Made by a program: the position numbers and the translations under genes. From Candidatus Fermentibacterota bacterium (GTDB taxonomy: Bacteria > Fermentibacterota > Fermentibacteria > Fermentibacterales > JCC-6), in assembly GCA_963845085.1 (NCBI GenBank), contig CAWJQI010000005.1, positions 352,001 through 416,000 on the forward strand: DNA of 64,000 nucleotides. Direction: 5' to 3'. The notes below the pieces were generated by a model that worked only from the letters and a program-made list of their open reading frames with translations, made no database searches and was not told the origin of the DNA. Positions 46,594-55,830 of this stretch are shown here, piece by piece; the first letter of the stretch is position 1; each line of letters opens with the position of its first letter.

Positions 46594-48153
46594 CTAATGC
46601 CATTCCCGGGTCAAGCTGTTGAGGGCCTGTCGCGATGGTTCGTGGGACGGGTTCCACTCCAGGGCCTTCCCGAACCAGAACCCGGCCTGTTCCGCCATGT
46701 GGTCCTCGAGGGCCATGACCCCGAGGTTGTACAGCGCATCGGTGCCGTTCAGATCGATCCCGTCGGTCCGGGATGAGGCCCTTTCCCATGCTTCCATGAA
46801 AAGCGCACGGGCTTCCGCCCTGTTCCCTGCGGTGTAATTGGCCATCCCGTCGTGAAAGGGCATGTTCACTCCGCTTGTTTCGACGGTGCGGGCGGTGAGG
46901 AGGGCAAGACCGATGCCCAGTGCCGCCCCGAGCGGAGCGAGAAGGAGGCCCGTCCCGGGCTTTCTCTGGAACCTCGGGACCAGAAACAGCAGTGCAAAGG
47001 GCACGAGGGGAAGCCTGAACCTCGCGGTGATGAAGAACGGCATCAGCCCCGCAGCGAGCGTTGCCAGCCACCAGAGGGCTCTCTTCTCGGACTCGGTCGG
47101 CCGCCCGGCAAGCAGCGCTCCCGGCAGAAGGATCCATACCAGAAGGCCGGGAAAGGGCGCTGGCGGGCCGGAGATAAGAAACCCCGCAAGGGGTGACAGG
47201 CCTTCAATGTAGTACACGTCATAGTTGCACGGGATCTCCACGGGGCTGAGCAGAAAGGCTGCCTTTACGGCAAGAAGCCGCAGAAAACCAAGCGGATTCC
47301 CCGCCACGTGACCGAGCGTGCGGTTTGTCCACCAGGAGGAGACCGAGGATGGCGACGTTCCTTCCGGAAGGGGGGCAAGGCTTGCAGCCCATACGTTGTC
47401 GATGTAGGGCATCCCTCCGGCGGGCGTTCTTCCTCCCGGCGGGGCGAAGGCGGTCACCCCGTCCGCCTCGGGGCCGGAGCCGATGTAGAAGTTGATGCCT
47501 CCCTGGCTTGAGACAACAGTCGACGGGTCGCCGTAAAACGCATTCACAGCCCACAATGCGGCGACCGGGATGCACCAGGCCAGGCATGACACCACCCTCG
47601 GCCTGAACAAAAGGATGCTCACCGGCAGGAGAAGAACGGCTCCGGGACGAGCGATGCACGCGAAACCGAGGAGGAACCAGGGACCGGGCGAGCCGGGTCT
47701 GCGGGAGAGGGCGAGGAACGACGCCAAAAGCAGAAGGATGTAAACCGGCTCGATAAGCATGAAACCGGAATAGACAAGTGCGGTGCCCCACAGAGCCCAG
47801 ACGGTTGAGAGGACGAAGGCCGCGCCCCTCGAGGCCGACTTCAGTGCCGTGCGGTGAAGCAGGACCGCAGAAAACGCGCCTGCGGCCATGGAAAGGAATG
47901 CGCCTGTTGCAGCGCCCGAACCGAAAAGCGCGAACCACCCGCCAAGAAGCCATGGGTAGAGAGGTGCCCTGAAGTAGGGGGCGTATATGAAAACGTCGCC
48001 TTCCGAGACGGCATTCGCCCACAGCATGTGCCATTGTGCGTCGACCACAGGGTAGTTGCCGAGCGGTGTTGACAGCACGGGCAGGTTGACCCCGGCCCAG
48101 GCGGCGAGAAAGACAAGCAGCACCAGCAGGGTATCGCCGATGTGGTTTTTCAT
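46594..48153 (-). CDS. GT-C (GT39/PMT-like) membrane glycosyltransferase with a C-terminal TPR
   Basis: Multi-TM protein with VDAQWH, FRAPLYP, GGINFYIG and FFITARFRLP. Ends in a TPR (ALYNLG...KALEWNP). Confidence 0.75.
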   Translation of the reverse strand: MKNHIGDTLLVLLVFLAAWAGVNLPVLSTPLGNYPVVDAQWHMLWANAVSEGDVFIYAPYFRAPLYPWLLGGWFALFGSGAATGAFLSMAAGAFSAVLLHRTALKSASRGAAFVLSTVWALWGTALVYSGFMLIEPVYILLLLASFLALSRRPGSPGPWFLLGFACIARPGAVLLLPVSILLFRPRVVSCLAWCIPVAALWAVNAFYGDPSTVVSSQGGINFYIGSGPEADGVTAFAPPGGRTPAGGMPYIDNVWAASLAPLPEGTSPSSVSSWWTNRTLGHVAGNPLGFLRLLAVKAAFLLSPVEIPCNYDVYYIEGLSPLAGFLISGPPAPFPGLLVWILLPGALLAGRPTESEKRALWWLATLAAGLMPFFITARFRLPLVPFALLFLVPRFQRKPGTGLLLAPLGAALGIGLALLTARTVETSGVNMPFHDGMANYTAGNRAEARALFMEAWERASSRTDGIDLNGTDALYNLGVMALEDHMAEQAGFWFGKALEWNPSHEPSRQALNSLTREWH

Positions 48154-48605
48154 TCTCCAAGAATGGCTGAGGTTGAATGGCCGGCAAGCGTTGGGATTAT
48201 GACCACCTCGCGCACCAGCCCGCCCCCCACAACCTCTTCCGCACGGTAATCCCCCCCCTTGACGAGCACATGTGGCATGAGGGCCGCGATCAGTTCATAC
48301 GGGGTGTCTTCGGAAAAGGGGACGACGTAGTCAACGGAACGCAGCGAGGAAAGGACGGACGCCCTCGCCTCGAGCGTCTGGACAGGTCTGCCCGGGCCTT
48401 TGAGCCTTCGCACGGATTCGTCAGTGTTCAGCCCGACGAAAAGGAAGTCGCCAAGGGATGCAGCCCGCGAAAGCACGAGTACGTGCCCCGGGTGGATCAG
48501 GTCGAAGCAACCGTTCGTAAAGACAACACGGCATCCCGCGGCTTTGATCAGCGAGCAGCGCCTGACGGCCCCGGCTCTGTCGAGCACCCTGCCTCCTTCA
48601 CTCAC
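48150..48605 (-). CDS. rfaE2: D-glycero-beta-D-manno-heptose 1-phosphate adenylyltransferase (RfaE domain II)
   Basis: Motifs VFTNGCFDLIHPGH, GLNTDESVRRLKG..RP, EDTP, LVKGGDY and STS. Confidence 0.95.
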   Translation of the reverse strand: MSEGGRVLDRAGAVRRCSLIKAAGCRVVFTNGCFDLIHPGHVLVLSRAASLGDFLFVGLNTDESVRRLKGPGRPVQTLEARASVLSSLRSVDYVVPFSEDTPYELIAALMPHVLVKGGDYRAEEVVGGGLVREVVIIPTLAGHSTSAILGE

Positions 48606-49584
48606 TGAGCCGCGCCTCCCGCTGGATGTCTTCGGGGGTCACGGCGTAAACGCCCGGCTCGGCACACACTGCCGCAGCGGCGTAGTTGGCCATGACGGCG
48701 GCACGCATGGGAGGAACCCCCGATGCGTAGGCAAGCCCCATCACGGCGATAACTGCGTCGCCCGCCCCGGATACGTCGAACACATGCCTGGCGGCGGTTG
48801 ACTGAACAAGGGGCTCTGCGCCACCCCTGATGCTGAGAATCGAGCCGCCGGCACCCAGGGTGAGAAGCACCGCAAGTGCGCCCAGGGAATCCAGGATCGT
48901 TCCGCATGCGTCCTGAAGCTCAAGAGGTGTAGCGCCTTCAAGATCGCGGCCGAGAAGGGATGAAGCCTCGCGGATGTTCGGCTTGATCAGATCAACGCCC
49001 CTGTAGAGAGGAAAGTTCCTGTACTTGGGATCGGCAAGAACGGGTACGCCCCTGCTTCCGGCCTCCTCGATTATCCATGGGATGTTGAAATCGCCGAGGA
49101 ACCCCTTGTCGTAATCCTCGAACACGACGGCCCGGACTGTTTTCAACGCCTCGAGTATCCCCCGGTTTTCGGGGGAATTCCTGTCCCTGCGGCATGGAGC
49201 ACTTGACTCCCTGTCTATCCTGATCAGCTGGTGGCCCCTTGAGATGACCCTGGTCTTCCTGGTGGTGGGCCGGGTGCGGTCGGTGGAAACGCACGACACA
49301 TCCACACCCTTCCGCGACAGAAGGCCCTTGAGTATCCCGCCGTCCTGATCGTCGCCCACGACACCTGCGATCATCGGGCTGCCGCCGAGGGAGAGAACGT
49401 TGAGCGCCACGTTTGCAGCCCCTCCGGGCGCAAACCTTTCACCGCCGCCGTCAAGCGCCACGACCGGAACGGGCGCCTCCGGCGAGATCCTGTCAACCCT
49501 GCCCTCAAGATAGTGGTCGAGGACGAGATCCCCGAGCACCAGGACTCTGGCTCCCCTGAAAGCATGCAGTTCTTCGGTGTACAA
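48598..49584 (-). CDS. rfaE1: D-glycero-beta-D-manno-heptose 7-phosphate kinase (RfaE domain I)
   Basis: Motifs VLGDLVLDHY, RISPEAPVPV, GGAANVA, DYDKG, KPN..E and DVSGAGD. Start TTG 49584 follows GGAGGG. Confidence 0.93.
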   Translation of the reverse strand: MYTEELHAFRGARVLVLGDLVLDHYLEGRVDRISPEAPVPVVALDGGGERFAPGGAANVALNVLSLGGSPMIAGVVGDDQDGGILKGLLSRKGVDVSCVSTDRTRPTTRKTRVISRGHQLIRIDRESSAPCRRDRNSPENRGILEALKTVRAVVFEDYDKGFLGDFNIPWIIEEAGSRGVPVLADPKYRNFPLYRGVDLIKPNIREASSLLGRDLEGATPLELQDACGTILDSLGALAVLLTLGAGGSILSIRGGAEPLVQSTAARHVFDVSGAGDAVIAVMGLAYASGVPPMRAAVMANYAAAAVCAEPGVYAVTPEDIQREARLSE

Positions 49585-49661
49585 AAAGCCCTCCAAGCGG
49601 GTTGACCACGGCGGTACCGCAGTGCATAAGATACTGCTCATGTTTCCCACAGGAGGTAATA

Positions 49662-49976
49662 ATGCAAAACCAGCTTCCCCGCATCAACATCAGGGACGAA
49701 AAGGCATCGGGGGTCTACGCCAACATCGCGATCGTGAACACCTCCCAGGCGGAGTTCGTTCTGGATTTCGCCCGCATAATGCCGGGGCTTCCGGCGGCGG
49801 AACTGGAGTGCCGGGTGATAATGTCCCCCCACCGTATAAAGGGGCTGATCGGCGCGCTGAAAGCGCAGGTTGACCTCTACGAAAAAAGGTTCGGACCCCT
49901 GGAGGATTCGGTTGAGTCAGCAGGAGCAATCGGTTTTCAGGTCCCCCAGACCCCTGAAGTCAAGGCCGTCCAGTAG
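49662..49976 (+). CDS. DUF3467 family protein
   Basis: Motifs GVYANIA.V..S..EFVLDF, RVIMSP..K and YEKRFG. SD AGGAGG precedes ATG 49662. Confidence 0.9.
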   Translation: MQNQLPRINIRDEKASGVYANIAIVNTSQAEFVLDFARIMPGLPAAELECRVIMSPHRIKGLIGALKAQVDLYEKRFGPLEDSVESAGAIGFQVPQTPEVKAVQ

Positions 49977-49986
49977 TACTGTCGTG

Positions 49987-50628
49987 ATGTGGAGCCTCTC
50001 CCTGACAGTGGCTCTTTTCATCTGGATGTTCTCGATAAGAGGGGTCAGTTTTCTTGTAACCATTCCCGTCGGGGTTACTTACGTTACCGACGAGGGAACG
50101 GTTGCCCTCGGCACCCCGGCGGAAAGCGTGATGACCGTCGTTCAGGCCGACGGCCTCAACATGCTTGCATTCCAGCTGTTCGGACGGCCGAAGAACCTTG
50201 AGATGGTGGTGGACCTGACGGGTTTCCCGCCGGACAGCCCCGGGGTCATGAACCGGATCGTTTGTGACGGGTCCCTCATCAGAAGCATCCCGCTCTCGGT
50301 AAATCCCGTCGAGTTCAACCCGCCGGCTCTCGACATCGCCCTCGACCGGATGCATTACAGGGTTCTTCCCGTCTCAGTCGTCTCCGAACCCGCGCCCTCC
50401 AGGTACATGAGCGTCTCGCTCCGCCAGTCGCATGTCAGGGTGATGGGGCCGGCTTCAGTTCTTAACTCCATGGACAGCGTGTTCACCGAACCAGTATCCT
50501 CGACGGTGCGAATGGAGCAGCAGACAGCGCTGGCGCTTCCCGAAGGCGTCGAGTCCGAGGATGCAGCAGTGACGGCCAGACTTCGAAACCCCGTGCCTGT
50601 TGTTCCCGGAAACAGGAGGGCGTATTGA
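49987..50628 (+). CDS. YbbR/CdaR-like membrane-anchored protein
   Basis: N-terminal SL..ALFIW TM segment and a YbbR-like V.V.GP.S.L..(D).V.TEP motif. Start uncertain. Confidence 0.6.
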   Translation: MWSLSLTVALFIWMFSIRGVSFLVTIPVGVTYVTDEGTVALGTPAESVMTVVQADGLNMLAFQLFGRPKNLEMVVDLTGFPPDSPGVMNRIVCDGSLIRSIPLSVNPVEFNPPALDIALDRMHYRVLPVSVVSEPAPSRYMSVSLRQSHVRVMGPASVLNSMDSVFTEPVSSTVRMEQQTALALPEGVESEDAAVTARLRNPVPVVPGNRRAY

Positions 50629-50654
50629 CACGGGTCGAAACTGGTCGGTAAATT
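50625..50654 (+). promoter_or_regulatory. Putative sigma70 promoter
   Basis: TTGACA (50625-50630), 18 bp spacer, TAAATT (50649-50654), upstream of the CDS at 50713. Confidence 0.5.
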
Positions 50655-50712
50655 AGCAAGACTGTCAGCAACGCAACGATAACAGAAACACCAATCGGGG
50701 GGTTCTCAAACC

Positions 50713-51663
50713 ATGGGATCTAGAGTTCTTGTGAGGGTCATCATTGTTCTGCTTGCCGCGATTCTCATATTCCGGATCCACCAGCGTGTCGAAGCATACC
50801 GCATCCCCCGCGATGATTGCCGGGAAAACATGTACGCTCTGGCGAGGGCCAACGTCAATCACATGCTGGGAAACGAGGGGCTGTCTGCCCCCACGATCGA
50901 TTCACTGATCTCGTACGCCGGCCTTTCCGACTCGGTCGGTGTGTGCCCGACACTGTGGAACCAGGGCTACCACGATTCCACCTACTTCTTCGACCCGAAA
51001 CTGTCACTCGGCGCCCAGTTCGCCGTGTCATGCCCCAATCATGACAGGCACGGCGGCGTCATCGGAGGGCTGGTCGAGAAGGACTACCCCGATTCCCTGT
51101 TCTTCGAGGCGGACTGGATGCCCACGTTCGTCAGGGTGAGCTACCCCGAGTACGCTCTGCTCAGGCGCACCGAAGTCTCCCGCTCGCTGCTCGTAAGGGT
51201 CTGCGAGGAACAGGCGTCGTACATCTACAACAGGTACCCGGTCACCCTGCATCCGTCATCGATTGAAAACCTCGGGATCGAGATCGGCGAAAGCATCGAC
51301 CCCCTCGGCGGCGAATACGTCTTCGAGATCCTTCCCGACACGGTCTATACATTCTGGGAGAGGCCGAACTCCCGCGGGCAGTCGGTCAATGTTCAGACCT
51401 GGCGCTTCGTGGGGTATTCCACATCGAACCCCGATACCTCCAGGATCGAAATATTCTTCAAGCACCCGCTCCGCTTCCCCAGCCTTGCCGACGGGGCCCT
51501 CCCCGGCGACAGAGACCTTCTCACCATCGTCCGCTACTGGGACAGGTCCGAGCTGGGCACACTCAGGGTTGAGACCCGTGAGATGGACCTTCTTGACCAG
51601 CCGACATGGGTGTTCCTGATGGAAAACAGGGCCAGTCTCGAAGCGGTGCCGGAACCGATCTGA
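50713..51663 (+). CDS. Membrane-anchored hypothetical protein with a pilin/ComGC-like cysteine pattern
   Basis: N-terminal TM segment, then CRENM..LA.A, VCP and VSCPNHDRHG, followed by a DPLGGEY motif. Codon usage matches the neighbouring genes. Confidence 0.7.
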   Translation: MGSRVLVRVIIVLLAAILIFRIHQRVEAYRIPRDDCRENMYALARANVNHMLGNEGLSAPTIDSLISYAGLSDSVGVCPTLWNQGYHDSTYFFDPKLSLGAQFAVSCPNHDRHGGVIGGLVEKDYPDSLFFEADWMPTFVRVSYPEYALLRRTEVSRSLLVRVCEEQASYIYNRYPVTLHPSSIENLGIEIGESIDPLGGEYVFEILPDTVYTFWERPNSRGQSVNVQTWRFVGYSTSNPDTSRIEIFFKHPLRFPSLADGALPGDRDLLTIVRYWDRSELGTLRVETREMDLLDQPTWVFLMENRASLEAVPEPI

Positions 51664-51681
51664 CCGTTTGCGCGAACTTTT

Positions 51682-51711
51682 GAAGCGGGGGGAACCATTT
51701 CCTCCCGCTTC
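51682..51711 (+). terminator. Hairpin after the CDS at 50713-51663
   Basis: GAAGCGGGGGGAA-CCAT-TTCCTCCCGCTTC stem-loop. Confidence 0.55.
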
Positions 51712-51793
51712 GCGTATATTCGGCATAATTCGCAGTGAATTACATGAACCCATTTCCATAGCAATTTCTGAAGCCCTCAGGAAAGGTGGCTTT

Positions 51794-52018
51794 ATGAAGT
51801 ACTTCGACAAGACGGAACAGAAGGCCGCATCGGTAGACAACCAGTACGTGTTCTCGATCGCCGTTGCCAAAAGGGTCAGAAGCATTCAGGAGGGCGCCCC
51901 GATACTTGTGGAAGGCATCGCGTGCCCCGAAGAACAGGCTTCCGAGGCTGCCATGACCGAGTTCGCGGAAGGCCGGCTGAACTATGAGCTCGACGCCAAA
52001 GCAAAAAGGGAGAACTAG
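51794..52018 (+). CDS. rpoZ: RNA polymerase omega subunit
   Basis: VDNQYVFSIAVAKRVRSIQEG...AAMTEFAEGRL matches the omega pattern (N/S.Y.L....AKRAR.L..G; A..EI..G). SD AAGGTGG. Confidence 0.85.
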   Translation: MKYFDKTEQKAASVDNQYVFSIAVAKRVRSIQEGAPILVEGIACPEEQASEAAMTEFAEGRLNYELDAKAKREN

Positions 52019-52022
52019 AAGC

Positions 52023-54020
52023 ATGCTTCAGAAGGCAATAATCCTCGCATCACTGTTCCTTCTCGCGACCGGCTGCGGAACACGTCCGCTGGGCGAGGGT
52101 GAGGTAGCAAGGATCGGATCGCGGATAATCACAATGGAAGAGCTTGAACAGGAGCTCCAGCGGATCCCGCCATACCAGCGGGCTCCATTCGAGACCCTTC
52201 AGGGCCGCAAGCAGCTCCTGAACCACATGATCGAGCGCGAGCTGCTTCTTCTCGCCGCCATTGACGAAGGCCTCGAGGACGACTCAGTGGTGCTCGCCCA
52301 GATCGCCCTTGCCGACGAAATGGTGGAGAGCGTCAGACAGCGTGCGATGACCCAGGCCTTCTACCAGCGCCATGTGATCGAGGCAGTCGAGGTTCCCGAC
52401 TCGATGGTCCAGGCCTATTACAATGAGAACCTTGAGTCGCGCTTCCGCCGACAGGCACAGGCACAGCTTTCCCACATTCTCGTGACGAGCCCCGAGGCCC
52501 TCGCCGAAGCCCAGTCCATGCTTGCAGACGGAGTGCCCTTCGATTCCGTCGCGGCCTCGGTCAGCGAGCATGCAGTCACCTCGGGCCAGGGCGGTCTGAT
52601 GGGCGCTGTCGAGGAGAATGGCAACATCCCGTACATCGGCAATGATCCGGAGCTTGCCGCAATCCTTCTCCAGGCGTCCGAGGGCGGGATAGTCGGCCCG
52701 ATCGAAACATCCCTCGGAACACACCTCTTCAGGGTGACCGATATCGAACCGGCCGGATACATGTCCATCGAGGAGGCACGGGAATCGATTGAAAGCGTTC
52801 TGAAGCCCGCCCTCGTGAACGAGTACTTCAAGAACACGCTGATCCCCGAGCTTCATGAGCAGTACGACGTGCAGGTGTTCGACGAGCCCGATGCCGAGGT
52901 GCTTGCAACTATAGGCGACTATTCCATAACCCGCGAGGACATAGAGACGGCCATCGAATCGATCCCGTACTACCAGCAGGAGGCCTACAACACGGTCGAG
53001 GGGCGCCAGATCCTTCTCGGCAGCCTTATCGAGCAGAAACTGCTCGAAATGGCCGCAAGCGGCCTCGGCATGGAGGAGGACTCCTTCGTTGTCGCCCAGG
53101 TGGCCCTTGCAACGGAACAGGCCGATCTCACAAGAAAGAGCGCCCTGATCCAGGAGTATTACAACCGGTTCGTGGTTGACGCGGCTCCGGTGACGGAAGA
53201 GGCCATCACCGAATACTACAACGCCCACACGGGCGATATCTACCACCGCAGCGCCCAGACCAGGTTCTCAATCGTCGTGACCAACAGGGGAGCCTCCCAG
53301 GAACAGGTGCAGTCCATGATCGACGAAGGCATGCCGTTCGATTCGATCGCCTCGCAGCAGAGCACCCACCTTCCCACCGCCGCCGTCAACGGCGACCTCG
53401 GCTGGGTAACTTCCGACGCGCCCCTTCCCTACATGGGCGGCAGGCCCGACTTCGCAGACTCGCTCTTCGCAGCACCGGTTGGCACGGTTCTCGGCCCGTG
53501 GCCGACCGAACTGGGCCTGACATGGTTCAAGGTCACTGACGCCCAGGAAGAAGGCCCCAGGCCGCTTGCCGAGGTCAGAGAATCCATCGAGGCCGCACTG
53601 AAACCCGAGGTTGTGAACGACTACCTCAGGAATACCGTTTTCCCGGCCCTCATGGAGCGGTATGACGTGGAGATCAACGAGGAAGCCTTCCTTCCGCCGC
53701 TCTCCATCGGACCCGACAGCCTCATGTCGCTTGCTCAGGAAACGATGGCGACGGATCCCGAAACGGCTGTCCGCTACTTCACCCTCTACATCGAAAGGTA
53801 TCCCGATAACGAACGGTGCGATCAGGCGGCATTCCTGAAAGGCTTCACCCTCAGCGAAAAGCTCGGCGACTACGAGGCCGCCAGGGAGGCATTCCGTGTC
53901 GTCACCGAGAGTTATCCCGAAAGCGACCTAGTCGATGATGCGGAGTGGATGATAGAGAACATGGACAAACCGATCGAGATGTTCATTCCCGCCACCGAGG
54001 ACTCCGTCACCATCCAGTAG
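52023..54020 (+). CDS. Lipoprotein peptidyl-prolyl isomerase with two tandem PrsA/PpiC units and a C-terminal TPR
   Basis: Lipobox LATGC; SHILV, FDSVA..VS, GG.MG, GPIETSLG.HL; a second copy has FDSIA, NGDLGW and GPWPTELG. The tail resembles a TPR (YIERYPD, AAFLKGF, YP.S.LVDDA.WM). Confidence 0.88.
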   Translation: MLQKAIILASLFLLATGCGTRPLGEGEVARIGSRIITMEELEQELQRIPPYQRAPFETLQGRKQLLNHMIERELLLLAAIDEGLEDDSVVLAQIALADEMVESVRQRAMTQAFYQRHVIEAVEVPDSMVQAYYNENLESRFRRQAQAQLSHILVTSPEALAEAQSMLADGVPFDSVAASVSEHAVTSGQGGLMGAVEENGNIPYIGNDPELAAILLQASEGGIVGPIETSLGTHLFRVTDIEPAGYMSIEEARESIESVLKPALVNEYFKNTLIPELHEQYDVQVFDEPDAEVLATIGDYSITREDIETAIESIPYYQQEAYNTVEGRQILLGSLIEQKLLEMAASGLGMEEDSFVVAQVALATEQADLTRKSALIQEYYNRFVVDAAPVTEEAITEYYNAHTGDIYHRSAQTRFSIVVTNRGASQEQVQSMIDEGMPFDSIASQQSTHLPTAAVNGDLGWVTSDAPLPYMGGRPDFADSLFAAPVGTVLGPWPTELGLTWFKVTDAQEEGPRPLAEVRESIEAALKPEVVNDYLRNTVFPALMERYDVEINEEAFLPPLSIGPDSLMSLAQETMATDPETAVRYFTLYIERYPDNERCDQAAFLKGFTLSEKLGDYEAAREAFRVVTESYPESDLVDDAEWMIENMDKPIEMFIPATEDSVTIQ

Positions 54021-54028
54021 CCCTTCCT

Positions 54029-54056
54029 GCCCGGTCCCCCTTCCGGGGGGCCGGGC
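54029..54056 (+). terminator. Hairpin after the PPIase gene
   Basis: GCCCGGTCCCCC-TTCC-GGGGGGCCGGGC 12-bp stem with one G:U pair and no U-tract. Confidence 0.55.
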
Positions 54057-54162
54057 GCCCTCCGTGCGATGCCTTTGCCGCCGACACCCCTGCCGTGATG
54101 ACACCCGGCGCAGTATAGTTGCCTGTACGGCAATTTACGGTTTGCATCCATGGGAGGATCCC

Positions 54163-55830
54163 TTGAAAACCCATTTCCTTGTTACCTTGCTGGCGGCGAT
54201 CGTCCTCGCCACCGGCTGCGGGCCGTCCACCACACCCACCACCCCGCAGGAAAAGGCCGCCCGGGCTGACGTCCTCATGCGTGAGAGCAGGTTCGACGAC
54301 GCCCTGGAGCTTTACGATTCAGCGCTCTCCGAAGCACCTGACTCTCCTCAGGCCCTTCTCTGGCAGGCGGCATCGGCCGAAGCCCTGGCTGAAATGGGGA
54401 GGTTCACGGAAGCCATCGCCCTGGCCGACAGGATAGTCATGGCATCGCGCGATCCTGTCGTTCTTTCGAGGGCGGGGCTTGCCAGGGCGATCGCCCAGCT
54501 GTCCGCTCCGGCGAGCGCTCTCTCCCATCTCGCCGGCATAAACCCCGACATCCTTGACGAGCATCGTGTGGACAAGGCACAGGAGCTTGCCCGTGAACTC
54601 CTTCGCGAGGTCGGCACCGAGGCGGTGGCTTCCATGAGGGCCGACAACTGGCTGGAGGTGTTCGTACTGCTCGAGTTGGAAAGACGGTTCACTGAAGACG
54701 GTGATCATGCCAGGGCAGCCCTTTACGCGGCTGAGCTGAACAGGCTCTACCCGGGGGCAAGGGAGCGGTGGGGTGCCGGAGCGTCACAGTACGTCGAATC
54801 CGACGGCACCTACTTCGCCCTTGTCCTTCCCCTGACCGGCGAGGGCTCGGAGTACTCCCAGCAGGTTCAAAGGGGCGTAATGCTTGCGTTCGACCACTTC
54901 TCCGAGATGCATGAGAACCCCCCTGAGATCAGGGTCATCGACATCGGCACATACCCTGGCGGCGTGACCGAGGTTTTCACAACCCTTGGCGCAGACAACG
55001 GCTGCATGGGCATAATTGGTCCCCTGACAAGCGCATCGGCACTTCAGGCCGCTCCCCATGCCAACAGGGAAAGGCTGCCCATGATCACCCCCACGGCCAC
55101 AAGTGAAGAGGTTGACCGTGCCGGCTCCTGGGTGTTCAGGCTTGTTGTCAGCGAGGGGGACCAGGCGGCGGCCATCGCCGAGTACGCGGTCCTGACCGCC
55201 GGTTGCGAAAGGCTTGCGATCATCCACCCGCATACGGCTCAGGCCAACGGCGAGGTCAGCCAGTTCAAGGCGGTGGTGGAAAGCCTCGGGGCAGCTGTCG
55301 TCGCAACTGAAGGCTATCAGGGCGGCGCCACCGATTTCCGCACCCAGATCATGAGGGTCAAGGCCGCCGGAGCAGACGGGATATTCCTTCCCGTCACCTC
55401 CTGGGACGCCATTCAGATCGCCCCCCAGCTCCTCTTCTACCGGGTCAGGCTGCCACTTTTCGGAACATCCGGCTGGGACAGCGACATACTCACAAGGCAT
55501 GGGACCGACGCCATCGAGGGTGCGGTTTTCACAGCCGCAAGCGGCCTGGAATCCACCCGCCCGGAAACGGCCGGGTTCGTGTACGCCTACCGCAGGGAAC
55601 ACGGACAGGCGCCGTCTTCCATCGCAGCACAGGGCTACGATGCCGCCGACATTCTCCTTGATGCGTGGCATATGGGAAACCGCACCAGAGACGGCATTCA
55701 GAGAAGGCTTGTGAGCATGGGTGCATGGTTCGGTGCAAGCGGCAGGTGCGTTCTGGGAAGCTCGACCGACATAAGGGTTTCATGGCCCATGCTCACCGTC
55801 AGGGAAGGCGAAATACTGGGAATTGAGTAG
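54163..55830 (+). CDS. TPR + type-I periplasmic-binding-fold lipoprotein (LpoA/LppC-like)
   Basis: Lipobox LATGC, N-terminal TPRs, then LVLPLTG, IIGPLTS, PMITPTAT, TDFRTQI and AAQGYDA. Start TTG 54163 follows GGGAGG. Confidence 0.8.
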   Translation: MKTHFLVTLLAAIVLATGCGPSTTPTTPQEKAARADVLMRESRFDDALELYDSALSEAPDSPQALLWQAASAEALAEMGRFTEAIALADRIVMASRDPVVLSRAGLARAIAQLSAPASALSHLAGINPDILDEHRVDKAQELARELLREVGTEAVASMRADNWLEVFVLLELERRFTEDGDHARAALYAAELNRLYPGARERWGAGASQYVESDGTYFALVLPLTGEGSEYSQQVQRGVMLAFDHFSEMHENPPEIRVIDIGTYPGGVTEVFTTLGADNGCMGIIGPLTSASALQAAPHANRERLPMITPTATSEEVDRAGSWVFRLVVSEGDQAAAIAEYAVLTAGCERLAIIHPHTAQANGEVSQFKAVVESLGAAVVATEGYQGGATDFRTQIMRVKAAGADGIFLPVTSWDAIQIAPQLLFYRVRLPLFGTSGWDSDILTRHGTDAIEGAVFTAASGLESTRPETAGFVYAYRREHGQAPSSIAAQGYDAADILLDAWHMGNRTRDGIQRRLVSMGAWFGASGRCVLGSSTDIRVSWPMLTVREGEILGIE

